Part shown: positions 51,206 through 64,000 of the stretch, one piece after another
Position numbering within the stretch: position 1 is the stretch's first letter
Layout of the letters: the number at the start of each line of letters is the position of its first letter
Assembly: GCA_030704615.1 (NCBI GenBank)
Contig: CM060733.1
Coordinates: 51,522,001 to 51,586,000, forward strand
Length of the DNA: 64,000 bases
Direction of reading: 5' to 3'
From: Takakia lepidozioides
Lineage: Eukaryota; Plantae; Bryophyta
The notes under the pieces: generated by a model
What the model saw: only the letters and a program-made list of their open reading frames with translations
Told to the model about the DNA's origin: nothing
Database searches by the model: none
Translations under genes and position numbers: made by a program

Positions 51206-53639
51206 ATGAGTGCGGCGGTAGTTGCAGCGAGGAGGGCGCTGCAACAGCAGCGGGCGCGGATCTTGTACAGGCGGTCGCTCAAAACTGTGCTGAGCTGGGC
51301 CGTTCATCGTGATATCTTCTACGTTGAGGTAGTCTTTCTCTTTTTTACCCCATTGGAAATCTGGATCTATCGCTACGTTTTAGTGTCCGGCGCATTTTGG
51401 AGAGGGTAGATTTGCATTGCTAGTGTGAATTTGTTTGGGGGGGGAGCGGTGTACATTGTGTGACTGTGAAAGACGCAGTGAATTCATTTGGGAGGAATTT
51501 AGGTCAGGGATCTTGGTTTTCTGTAAAGCCTGCTTTGAGTTCGATGTGGGAGGAAAAAATATGGCCCGATTGCAGCTCTTCTCAAGCCTCCAGTAAGTTT
51601 GATGGCTTTGGGAGACACCTGTTGTTGGCATTGCCGTGCATGTACCGCTCATTCGAATTCCAAGTGGTCGGTGAAAGGAACTATGTATGACTTGATTGTA
51701 GGTATTATCACATCCTTAATGTGCACTGTTAAGTGGTACGTGCACTGGAAAAGAATGGGGATTTATCCCAATACCAGTGTACATACAATATTCTCTCAAA
51801 TTGGCACTGTGGGATTGTGGTGTTGTATTAGTCCACGAATATAGCATCCAAACAGGTGCATACGTTCTGCACAATTGTCTACTGTGTGGTTGATTGTCAA
51901 GTCAGGCGTAACAAATCACACCATTGTCGGCCAGGCCAGGAGGTCAACTGCCTGATAACAAACATCGTCAGTGATAATAAGGGGAAGGCACTGCTGTGAT
52001 GTGGTGAATGAAAGGTTCTTAAAATGCTGAATGTCAATTGTAAGTTGAAACTCATAGGGGGTTTGTTTTCTGTTACATCAGGGCTCAAGCTTGTCTTAGA
52101 GTGCATTCTAGCAGTGTCTCTTGTGCACCCATCCAATTGATGGTGATCATCTGTTGTCCTATCTATGAAACCTTGTAATGACAGCAATGCAGTGGTCAAT
52201 GTCTCGTGTTGCCTTGAAGCCATCAATGGGGACAAAGCGGGCCTTCCTGCACCAACTCCTACAGATAGAGGGGTGGTGATATCTCAATAGAACAATTGAA
52301 AGGGTGATCTATGCTTATTTGTTTTCTGCACAGATTGCTACAGGACAGTCATGTGTATCGTAGCGTATCGTCAGTGGTGTATGGTTTGCTTTTTCTACAA
52401 TCTGGTATGTTCAAATCTCTACTGAAACTAATCACAATCGATTGCAGGCAGAGAAAACCAGGCGAGAGTTCGAGGACCACAGGGATGTGGTATGCATCTA
52501 TTCTTGTTATCTCTCTTTCTTACTGGTACTGTTACTGTCATTTGAGTTACACGGTTTTTTTAATTTCTCGTATACATGGCATATGCATTAACTTTAGCAA
52601 TACATAGAGAGGAAGAGAGTCTGGACCCTGGAGGATTGGCTGGGTGGGTGGTCTCTGAAGAGGTTCTCTACAAGTCCAAGGTGTTACCCTTCCCCATAAG
52701 CCAGTATGATAGCATTCTTTGGATGTTCTTCCACATACCCTTGTGCCCATAGTCCCTACATTTGCCAGAACAGGAGGGGAGAGAGAATTGAAAAGACAAC
52801 CATATTCATGATGACAGGTGAGCTTGGACGTTATAGATCGGTTGCTGTTTGACGGCGAAGCCCGCCTTAATAAGCTGGAGCATCCTGATCCTTACATCGG
52901 TACTGTCTCCCCTTTTCTCTGTCCTCATTGCAGTCTCTAAGAAGCTAATCCTTGTTGTCATCCTTTTAATATCTGAACAGCAAATTGCTTCAGGCTGAGA
53001 TTAGTCGCTGCACAAACTCTAGATGTTTTGGGTGCAGGATAGTGAAACCAAGGGAATTTACCTCAATGACGTAAGCTTTGGGATGAACTGTGTCTAAAGG
53101 CATATATCACATTTATTGTGGAAGTTAGGAGTGTGTAAAGTTTCATGAAGTCCAGCCTCAAGTCTGCCTGCAACACCTTGGAAGGATCTCTATTATACAC
53201 ACTGTTAGTTAATCAATTTCTGTATTGATGGACTATGGTTTTTGATACCTTGGTTGAGTTATGAGTGCATATAAGTGGAATATGTATGCATATGGAATGG
53301 AAATGACCAAACTGGCTGCTCAGATAAAGGGAAAGAGAGTCTCAGAATCTGGTGGTCATTCTGCAGTTCCCTGGTATCCCGGAGGCTCAAAGTTTGAACG
53401 TAATCCACCTGTTCCCCCGGAGGTATGTGGCTTTCTCTCTGTAGTTTCGAAAAAGCTCTTTCCAGTGGAGGGATCTGTTGCACAAGGGTTTACGGCACAG
53501 TTTTCCAACTTTCAAGTAGTAAGTGCAGATGGATCGGTATCTGTGGAAGTGTCAGAAGCATTGAAACATGGAAATGTTGGACTCTCTATTGCTGCAGATT
53601 AAGGTGGTGTTGGACTTTGGGCGGGAAGAACCGGTCTAG
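51206..53639 (+). CDS. NDUFB9: NADH dehydrogenase 1 beta subcomplex subunit 9 (B22, LYR family), 5 exons
   Basis: RARILYRRSLKTVLSWAVHRDIFY, IDRLLFDGEARLNKLEHPDPYI, VPWYPGGSKFERNPPVP and IKVVLDFGREEPV*. Confidence 0.88.
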
Positions 53640-55034
53640 TAGACAAACAAGTTGACCTAAAGAGCATTGTTTTTGGAGGACACGTTTCGTCTCAGACCTT
53701 GAAGCTGTTATCTTTCACTGTTAGTGACTACCAGCACATGGTCTTCATGCTGTCATTTATTTTTCTTGACTAGGCAGTGTCATTTTGTAAGCATGCTTTG
53801 TGGTGTCAGTTCAGGGTCTTTGATATAAAAGACACAATGTGAGAAAGTACCACCGCAATAACGCGCCACGCTCCAGCTTATTATGAACCTCTCATCTTTG
53901 AGTCACCTACAAAACACTCAGTCCGGTGCCCCTGGTGACTGTAAGGCAGCCCATGTGGATTTTCAACAAGCGAATTGCAAGTGTTGAATGTTTAGTGTTT
54001 AGAGTTACAAGGCAATCGCAAATGCTTCTCTGTGAGCCACTACATGTTATCACCTTCAGAGCACTGCCAGTACAATGCAGTGAAGTTTTGTGTGTACATG
54101 GACAGTTGCTGGCTTCAAGACGAAAGTTTAGGCCCTATCTGAAGGTGCAGGGACTCACCATGCCTTCAAGTGTACAGTGTGGAGGCACCATTAACCCCCC
54201 ACTACAACATCTGCTGTATAGTGATCATAGTAAATTGAATTTTAGCAACTAAGTGTGACTGAGGTCAGCTGTTGCCATCCTTCAAATGCATGTAAGCAGA
54301 GATGACTGATGCCCATCCCCCTCTGTTTTCTTGATTCCTTGCAATTCAGAAGGCTGCTGCACAGACACAGATTACAGCAGACCACATAGACCATCTTCGT
54401 CAGCTTTCACTGAAATATGTGAAGGACTCAAAAGTGGAAGAAGCTAAGTGTGAGAGGCTAGAGCCCAGTAATCGGAGTCGGACTTGTTGACGCTATCGAA
54501 TGAAGTGAAGAAACGGCGTCTTCCCCCCTTGTTGCCCAAAGAAGAACCGATTGCACCAGACAAGAACAGTCACGAGAAAACCAAATCTTTGAGTAGCCGG
54601 AATTCCAAGAGAAAGATTGACACATTCTCTACGAGGATCAACACAATCCTCACCTTCATCCTGATCGAAAGTTTTTCTGGGGAAGACATTCAGCGTGGAC
54701 GAAGATTATGACGATGCTCTGACTCAGGTTCCAACGCTGTGCAAGCTTAAACGCGCCGAAGTTTGTTGCACTAAATGCTGTACTGTGACTTTAGAGCCGC
54801 CGCTACATGTGGCTGCACGCCAGGGGCATGCTAACTCTGGCGTGCCGCGGAAATGGAGCGACAGCAGGAAGGGCTGAGTGTATTTCATCCTCGGGCTTCC
54901 AAGAGCATCTTATCAGCGTCTTCTCTTTCGGAGTTCATCGGTGAGAGGGTGGTGTTGATTGTTCGCAATTGTTAGAGTCCATCAGAGGTTTGTGAGAGTT
55001 GGGTGTGGTATATCATACTCTCGGTGCAGTTACA

Positions 55035-57229
55035 ATGGCTCCCATTACAGTCGGTGAGAAGATTCCTGACGGAGATCTCGCCTACCTCACCACGGATGGT
55101 GTAGAGAAGTTCCCTGTTCACGAGTCTCTGAAGGGGAAGAAGGTGGTCCTGTTTGCTGTTCCTGGCGCTTTCACTCCCACCTGCAGGTAGTCATTTCTGG
55201 CTTTTTCTCGTCTCCGATAGTCGATTAGCTCCCTCACCCGATTCCGTCTTCATTCGCTTCCGCTCTGTTTGGTAGTTGTATGTATCTGATCGTCATTCTG
55301 GCTCCTCATTGTGCATTTTGTAAGTGTCTGGATTAAGCCTAGTTCTTAAGCCGAGTCTTTTGGAGCAAAATGGGAGAGGGGACATTTCACTTCCTTCGAA
55401 TATGGATTTGTAGCACAGTTCTTCCAAGAGGATCGGAGATTTTGGGGAGTGTTGTCCACTAGTACATGCTGTTGGTGGGTTAGGTGGAGGTTCTTTGATG
55501 TTCTCCGTCGTGTGGAATGAAACTCCAGCGTTCTCAATTGTAGATTGTGTGGCTAAGCCTTGAGGGCAAGTGTTCTATCCGAGGTTTGGGTGCCAGTATG
55601 AGTTTTGGTGGTGGATCACATGGCGTGACAGCAATAAAAGATACACTCGACCCCGAAAAATGTTGTTCTATATGTGAACGGTGTTGTTTACATGTGCTTA
55701 AACCTGGCCCTCGGTCCCTAAGGGCAAGTGGGTGACGCTTCGTAAGCTTCTGTTCCGTTGAGATCGGTGTTTCGCTCAGGATTGCCAGTCACGGTTGTGG
55801 ATGTAATACAGTTTACTCATGGTAGTGTGTAGTTGTCTGTAGTTGCTGGCTCTCTCTTTCAAATATGGCTTATCGGACCTTTGCTGAATTTCAATCGATT
55901 ATATGTAGGTGTGTTGTTTACGCATATGGAAAGTTTGGGTAAGAATGCTACTTATTCGTCTGCTTTTACCATGTAGTCTGAGTGTTTCCTTAGAAGGACT
56001 TAGGGTAGTTGAGTTTCCATGTAATTTCGTTAGATGGCGCTCATTGAATATCTCTTTGATGTCAAGACTGTTCCCTGAGTTAAGGTGCTTGATGTATTTT
56101 TCTTCATTCATCAGAGCGTGCCAATTTCTCCTACATGTTAAAAAATCTCTCTTAAGAACTGTGGACAATTGACTTGGACATCTAGTGAGTGTCAGTTTGT
56201 TGGGAAATTGTTGTCGTGTCGTGTTGTTTTTCAGTGTTATGCTATCTGAAATGCTGTGGTCCTAAGAATTGTCACGTAGTTTTGAGCCACATGAATCTCC
56301 AATGGTCAAACTCTTCTGTTTAAGGATTCAACCTCATCTGTTTCCCTTTTCTGGATGCCCCACTCTAGCTTGAAGGTAGTTGGCAATCTGGCTAATATGA
56401 CACGTGTGTGAAAGGCTCCGGGCTGTAGTTTGTGCTGTAGTTGGTGCGCCTCCGAACTTTCAGAAAATATCATTTTGCCATACCAGATTGTATTTCTATC
56501 TGACACTCAAACATGCCATTGCACTTTTGCAGTCTGAAGCATGTTCCCAGCTTTCTGGACAAAGCATCAGAGCTCAAGTCCAAGGGTGTTGATCTGATCC
56601 TCTGCATTTCAGGTCTCTCCTTGTGACTCTTCCCCTTTCTATGTGCACAAGTCGATGTTGAATTGAAGCTTTGAAATTGCTTGTGAAAAGAGAGAGATTG
56701 CTTCCACAAGGAAAGTTTTGAAGATGGTTGTTATACAGTTGTTGCTAATGTTCATCAGAGTGTCTTGAAAAACAATTCCCTGCGGATGTGAGATAGGAGG
56801 TTTTTGTGGGTTGTGCCAACAATTAGTGTCTTCAGTCAAGGAATGGAATGTGGTGAAGATGCTCTGGCTCTATCACCATTTTGAGACGTCACATGAGCAT
56901 TAATGTTCATGCAGGTATAATGTGTATTATGCTGTCAAACATGACTAATATCTTTGTCATTCCGTGTGGTTGGTGCAGTGAATGATCCCTTCGTAGTGAA
57001 AGAATGGGAAAAAACCTACCCCAATGCTGACCAGATCAAATTTTTAGCTGATGGATCGGCCAGATTCACCAAAGCACTGTGTTTGGACTTGGACCTGACT
57101 GACAAGGGCCTTGGTATCCGCTCACAGAGGTATTGTCTCCTTATTGAGGATTTGGTGGTGAAGGTTGCCAACATCGAGAAGAGTGGTTATGAACTCTCTA
57201 GTGCAGAGGAGATCTTGAAGTCTCTTTGA
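55035..57229 (+). CDS. Type II peroxiredoxin (3 exons)
   Basis: MAPITVGEKIPDG...GKKVVLFAVPGAFTPTC / SLKHVPSF...LCIS / VNDPFVVKEW...ADGSARFTKAL...GLGIRSQRY. Confidence 0.93.
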
Positions 57230-60200
57230 GAGTCTTGATGTCTGTGACATCAGGTTGCAAATGAATTAGGCGGTTAGTTGAAACACAGACTATGACTATG
57301 CCTTGTTTTTGGTTCACTTGGTACTTCCGCCAGGTAACTACCAGCCTTCTCCTATAGGACAAGGAACAATGAATTGGTAAGTTTGGGGAATATTCCAAGT
57401 TTCTACCTTTGTGTCATGTGGTACTTCAACCCACCCATGAAGTAATATACGGAAGGGATTGATGCTTTCTGATGCTTTCTGATGCTTTCTGATGTTATTT
57501 TATTCATGAAATCACATCTTCAGATTTGTGCTCCACTTTTCTTTCAGTTGATTACTGTTGCCAAAGCAACAGACCTATGATATCTGCAGATCTCTTGAAG
57601 GTCTGTTGCTGGGCCTTTGTAATTGTCCTGGTTGGTTGTCAGTCTCCAATTCTTTGGCCTTTCTACAGTAGGATTCTAAGCAGTATACCCCAGAAACATC
57701 AAGCTCTGTTGTCACTCAGATTACTGTTTTAAAAAGGAGGATAGTAGGCTCTGAATCTCATAAGGATGAGGGTAAAAAAATCAAAACCCTATTATACCCT
57801 GCCCATGGAACCCACCTATGTAGAGTGTGACACTCCCAAAGCTGCTTCCAATTCATCTTTTTCCACTTCTGGAGTAGAGTTAGCTGTCAAGTATGGCGAG
57901 GTTGGTGCTGCCATTCAAGTGCAAGGGATTGAATCCATGTGCAAGATCTGGAATGCATCTTTCACTGCAAAACCATTTGTAGTTTTGGTGGATGACAGGG
58001 GATGGAAGTGAACTTTGAAGGTAAATGGTGCACATTAAGTAATTGAGCACATGGGAATTTACCATGCCTTAAAACAACCTAAGTGCCGTCCTCTTGAATT
58101 TACCAAAGGGCAGGAAAATTGGAAAAACACCTGTGACTTACCCACGTGGCAGGCCAGATGGTAATCTTGTAAATAACATCTAGGGCTTAAAGTTTATTAT
58201 AATACCCCAATTTTTGGACAAGGCACTATGGAATTTTACTCATCAAAGGAAGTACAAAGTAAATATTACTCCATGGGTGTATAGGAAGGAAGTCAAGATC
58301 TGACAATTTATCCTCCAAATTTCACATACATAGCAATCTAAGTTATCTCAATTTTTGGAATCTTGATTTTTGGGGGAGATATTTCTGTAGGTGCCACAAA
58401 ATCAGATTGTAAAATGCAACATGATACTTGAATTTGGTGGTCAAACCAGTTATGCAATTTTGGAATACATCCAATATATTGGGGCATATTATTTTGTTAT
58501 AATCTCCTGAATGCAATGGTCAAAGTGCTTGCACTTTTCACATGATGTAGTGTAGTAAATATGCACATCACTATAAGGTTCATCCCTATGGATGATTAGA
58601 TTAAGTAGTGACACCCTCATCCATGAGAGTATGCACACTTTTGTAGTCCGTTCTTTAGGGGTTAACCATCACCTTCATTGGGAGCTTGAATTGAGTTGCA
58701 CCATACTATCACATTTTAGGTCATAGTTTTTACAAATTTTACTGAATTTGAATTATTCCTTCTGCAGTGTGAGAGCATCTGAATGGCAGATCCTTCTAAG
58801 TGATTGTAAGCTATGTCCTGCAACAGATTGTGAATTAGAGACCCCAATGTGGGTTCTTCAATACAAATGGAGCTTGACATATTAGGGGATTTTGCAATTG
58901 TTTCATAAGGGATATTGTAAAGGTATATTTCACATTGTTTAGGGTCTTTGCAACATTGTTTACAACTAGTTTATCTACATGAAAGTTTTTTATTAAAGTA
59001 TATTCAATCAAAAAAAATTATGGAATGTAGAGTTGTGTTAAACCATGTCTCAGTAATACTTGTGGGATGGAACATTAATCTATCAACTGTTATTCAGAAT
59101 TACTACATCTCCCACCACCATCAGAACAAAGTTATAGTTGTACATGTCTTTCAGTATATGCTGTTTTGGAAGGCCACGAGCAAAACTAAGACTTCATGGA
59201 ACATAGTATATAACTCTGAATGGACGAATCTTTTTTTCTTGTTTAATTTTGATTTGTCTTGAAATTGCATCCAAATTAATTCTACATGTATTCTAGAAAT
59301 TTTGTGTTTCAATTTTTTTTCAGTTTACTAGTCCATTATATATATACATAGTCCATAATTTGATTTATATGTTATATTTTATTTAAAATTTAATATGTAA
59401 TTCAACTGTTTTGTTGGATCGTTTGGTAATTTGATATAAATTGGGCAAGTTTCATATCTTACGTTTGTTGCTTTGGAAATATATATTTCTTCTAAGTCTG
59501 TATTAATTGTGAGCTCGAAAACAATTATTTTTAAAGTTAAAAGAACAAATGTGAGACATGTGAACAAATATATATATATATATATATGTGTTGACCAATA
59601 CTGAACTTGTTGAGTATTCAAATAAATGTAAAAATAAAATAAAATAAAGTTTTGTCAATTTGTGGATGGCACATTAGTTTTAGATTACCAAAATCTGTTC
59701 CTTACGTGTCGAATCCAATTTCTTTTGTTTAAAAACCCACAAATCTTAAAACGGGGATAATTGATAATTCTCTTTAGCAATGGCATAAATTACGTTAAAA
59801 AATCTATTATAAAGCATTTGATATTAAACTTCAATCTTCTATCAATGAAAGTAACTTGCATTCGATTGCCGATGAACACAATCTCGTTTAAAACTAATTA
59901 TAGTTGGTTTTCTTGATTTATGAAGATATATCAATGATCATCAATTGCTGATGTAGGACTTCAATTCATCGAAACTTTATTGCTAACCATCAATATATAT
60001 ATTATATGGTTGTTTCATCAACTGCTTTTCTGGGGTATATGCCATTTTGAGGACTTTTTGTTTAATGTATCACTATTTATCGTATTATAACCATAATTAA
60101 ACTGAAATGTTTTCTTGTTCCAACTCTACATAGAAGAATAAAAAAGTTAAGGGTTTGCTCTTTTTGTATATATAATGTCATGAAATATTGCACATTGCTC

Positions 60201-62770
60201 ATGATTTAATGCATGGACTTTTGGGGGCAAAAACAATAAAAAATAAAAATAAAAATAAAAAAATGATGTTGATAGCATATTATTGCGGGTTGCGCATTCC
60301 CCAACATGATTGCTTACCACAAATATCGTGGTAAAATTCTTCACGCGAGAAACAACCATTTTAGGCTATGGCACGTGGCAAGGATTATCGTATTATTGAT
60401 GATCTGGCTACCACTTGGACAAGCCGCTCCAATGTAGTTTGCTGGGTGGATGTATGAAGGGCTCGGTTGGGAGGATGAATGATTCATTGAACGAGAACTG
60501 TGAAGATTGCGGTTAGAAGTTAGGACACAGCACAAATCTCGTTTGAAAGTTTTGGCCGCCAAAGGGAGAGAAGGGGGAAGAGGAGAGAAGGGGGAGAGGA
60601 GAGAGACAAAGATCATGGTGGTGACGAACACGCATGGACGTTCAGGGAAAGATAAAGATGGGACGAGACTATCTGAAGACCAGTGCTGCGGGTGACTGTG
60701 TCATATGTGTACTGCACGGGAAGGTTTATCGAGTTCCTCTAGATCGCCAGGCAAGTTCCCGCGAGCTGAGGAGTGGTGGTGGTAAAAATCAGGATGATTG
60801 GGAGGGAGAGAGACCAAATTGCTCTGAAGTGCGACCCAACCCGGGCGTCCATGCAGTTCACGAACCACCAGTTAGAGAGGGGAGTGGCAAAAAGAGGCCC
60901 CCTATTCGGACCACTTACATTCGTCTAGGGGCCTTCACCACTGTGAGAGAGAGAGAATTGAAGAGTCTATCTCGAAGACCCGTTATGATCCGAGACAGAC
61001 GAGTAGTAGATGGTCCTTGTCCGAAGGTCCGGCACTTGAAGCTCCAATTACCCCGAGAGTTGAGGGGAAGAGGGGGGAAGAGGACCCCAAGAGGAGAAAA
61101 GAGGACACCGAGAGGGGGAAAAAGAATACCAAGAGGGGCAAGAGAGAGATGCTATCAAGTCCCTCTGTATCGAGAATACGGGAAATCTGAGAGCAGTCTA
61201 AAGAGAGAAATCAGATATTCGGATGATCGAAACTCGGAGACCGCCGAGGGAGCGATTTCGAACCGTCCAACTTCTGTCCAACTAGGAACCTCGGGTTACT
61301 CGGTAGGTTTTGGTAGTAATAGAGCCATCAACATCCAAGACAGCCATTTTAGGAATATTACAATCAACAAACCTCAACCGTGCATGCTCAAAAATAGTAT
61401 GCCTGACAGATTTGCAAAACAAAATGCAATTAAAAGCCTGAGATGCGGAAAATTGAAGTATCCTCCTAGGAGCATTGCCTACCCTTCTTCTTGGCCATGG
61501 TATTGGTTTCCTACCTTCCCTATGGGTGCATCCGACGTTGCCAAGAGAAGGGAAAATGGAACACAAGGGGACACAATGGATATGGGGAGCGGCCACCAAC
61601 GGGAATTCAGCATAACCTTTGATATGTAGTGAAGTGTAATTGAGAAAAACTCGGTCACCAATATTGAAATCAAGCTGATCGCGCCATCACTCCTCCAAAT
61701 AACATTTGAAAGGTTTCTATCCAGTTTCATGTAGCAAATTATGTGGTGATCAATGGCAGTGCACCCCAATCTCCTGCTAGTTGGCCTACCTCCTCTGACA
61801 ATGCTTTGATCCACAAGTTAGATTGTTGAATCACCGGTGAGGGAATAGCTGTATATGCACATTGACTACACTCCACAACTGAGAACTTGCAAGCTTATGA
61901 AGTGTGCAGAATGATGCATTCTTCCAGCCTCACCTCTTCCACTAATTTGTTTGACCAATTACAAGATAAGTTGGCTCCTTAAACTAAGTTGTAAATTTTG
62001 TAACATATGCTAAAGTTTATCTTTAAATTTATTTGTATGCATGTATGGAGTGCATGGGAGAGTGGGGGCGGAGCTCCTTTCGTGATATGGGAAGTGATTT
62101 AGAACAGTTTTTAGTTATGACTATTCTGTTAGGGTTCCGCCATATTTTTAGATTTCTTGTCTTCTTAGCTCTCTTTTTTAGACATTTATACATTCTACTA
62201 TGCATGCTTATTGCATTTTAAAGGAAACCTGGGAGCAACAGCCGCCAATTCAGGCCGTTGAGGAGGAGAAAAAATTCACCTCACTCTCCTATCCTACACA
62301 CCCTTCATTTATGGGTCTGCATGGCCCAGCAGGAGCCCTGAGGCAAGTTTGTATTCAAACGCCTGGAGACTTGCTTTGACTCCCTAGCACTGCTAGCACG
62401 GCTGTCTTGCTTGCTCATAAAGTGAGACACAAATCCCCCACTGCATAGTCTGGAACACATAAGCAAGCATATCTAAGAACTGTCCTCTAATCGCTACTTC
62501 ACACCAAGAAGACTTCCATCTCCGCTTCATTGTCAAACTGAATGAGTAGAATGGCCACATCTACATGTGAGCAATGATAAGCTTAACAATGTCTGTGTGT
62601 CCCAAGTTATTTCATACAATCATGGAACTTGGTCCCGCAGAAGTCAAACTCAGTTTTACACTCAATTTTTTTCCATATTGATGTCAGATCTTGTTTTAGA
62701 CAATGGGAATTACCATTGTGCTGCTACAGTTAGTTTGAAAGTCCAGCCACTTTCAGTTGTTAGGTAAAGA

Positions 62771-62856
62771 GATTGATAGAGTGAAGTGGAAAAGAAGAGG
62801 GATTGATAGAGTAAAGTGGAAAAGAAGAGGGATTGATAGAGTCAAGAGGAAAAGAA
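62771..62856 (+). repeat. Three ~30-bp tandem repeats in the 5' UTR of the DRT111-like gene
   Basis: gattgatagagtNaagtggaaaagaag repeated three times. Confidence 0.85.
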
Positions 62857-62883
62857 GTTTGAGGGAAGTGTGCAAGTGTGGCG

Positions 62884-63837
62884 ATGTTGGGGGGGCTGTA
62901 TGGGGACCTGCCGCCTCCGTCTTCAGAAGAGGAAGGGGCTGGCAAGGCAGCAGGTGTGGCTTTCAATGGATCTGCTGCTGGGGCATCGATGTGGTCCAAC
63001 AGCAGCACCAAGATGGCCCCGCCCACTTTGAGAAAGCCTGCTCTGTTTGCTCCTCCTGCTTCTGTGTTGCGCAATCAGGCGGCAGCCACCAAGTCCAAGG
63101 CGGCAACACCAGGGCGGAGGGGGGTGGGAGGAGCATCACGATGGGCGGCTGATGGGGGAGAGAATCCTGTTGTGAGCACACCTGAGAGAGCAATATCTCC
63201 ACCTGCTCAGCCAGCGCTGGTGGCAGTTAGCGCAACAGTGGTGGAAGAGTATGATCCTGCAAGGCCCAACGACTATGATGAGTACTGCCGGGAGCGCAGA
63301 CGGCGAAAGGTGGAAGAAGAGATGCGGCGAGAGGTGGAGCGACGGCGGCATGAGGAGGAAGAGAGGGAGCGAGAGTTGCAGCGACAGCGGGAGGTAGAGA
63401 GGGAACGTGAGATAGAAAGAGAGAAGGAGCCTGTGGCTGAACTACGGGCGGCAGCATTGCATATCAGTGGAGAGGAGGCATGGAAGCGGCGGGCGATGCT
63501 GAGTGCAGCGCGCGCTGCAGAAAGCAGTCCAGCAAGGGTGAGATCGCCGTCGCCCCCACGGAACAACGAAGGGTTCAGCATGGGCAAACAGAACCCGATG
63601 ACCGCTGCACAGCGCATGATGGCACGCATGGGGTGGAAGGAAGGGCAAGGCTTGGGAAAGCAAGAGCAGGGTATCACTGTGCCACTCATGGCTCGCAAGA
63701 CTGATAAGCGCGCTGGTGTAATTGTCAATGCAGCTGCAGCAGCGGCGGCAGCCGCTGCTGCTACTGAGAAAAAGGCTCCCAAGCAGGGTGTCTTCCTCTC
63801 TGGCCCACCCACACGAGTTGTTTTGCTACGGAATATG
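62884..63837 (+). CDS. DRT111: DRT111/SPF45-like G-patch splicing factor, first exon (gene continues beyond the window)
   Basis: MLGGLYGDLPPPS, EEYDPARPNDY, SGEEAWKRRA, G-patch AQRMMARMGWKEGQGLGKQEQGI and PTRVVLLRNM, then a GTAAGT donor. Confidence 0.9.
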
Positions 63838-64000
63838 GTAAGTGCTTCCTATGCGTCCTGCTTGTGTTCCTGTACAGACAGCACTGTGCTTTGATTATGC
63901 ATGTGACCTAAGGAACAATTCAGACTTGTCCTTTGTAAATCTCTTGCTAACTCATTCCCTCCTTTCTGGCAATAGAGCTTGAGAACAGGGTACAGAGTTC

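Noticed and set aside
60634-61629. 331-aa Arg/Gly-rich ORF
   Set aside because: Non-ATG start, purine-rich low-complexity repeats and no recognisable motif; probably decayed repeat DNA.

Overview
Intron-rich eukaryotic nuclear DNA from a land plant, most likely a bryophyte-grade lineage (inferred from gene content, not checked). Host genes: NAA20 (-) head-to-head with plastid cystathionine beta-lyase (+), a GT92/GALS-like glycosyltransferase (+), PEX16 (-) followed by a putative snoRNA cluster, gamma-carbonic anhydrase (-) head-to-head with complex I subunit NDUFB9/B22 (+), a type II peroxiredoxin (+) and the 5' part of DRT111/SPF45 (+). Mobile DNA: a young Ty1/copia element (26857-31805), a TA-flanked TIR element, a DDE-transposase relic and a ~45-bp dispersed micro-element with target-site duplications (TSDs). 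The standout is an 11.9-kb Ty3/gypsy-type retroelement (11412-23274, TG...CA ends, 4-bp TSD ACTC) inserted in an LRR pseudogene. Its polyprotein runs Gag-protease-C5 DNA methyltransferase (DNMT3-like)-RT-RNaseH-DDE integrase-PHD finger. Its repeats are not ordinary LTRs but a split, permuted arrangement: AB...internal...PPT-C-gc-AB-C. That is the structure expected if a 2-LTR circle were opened and integrated at a palindromic GACA-GC-TGTC site inside the LTR. A hairpin replaces the tRNA primer-binding site. All calls were made by eye; no database searches were run.
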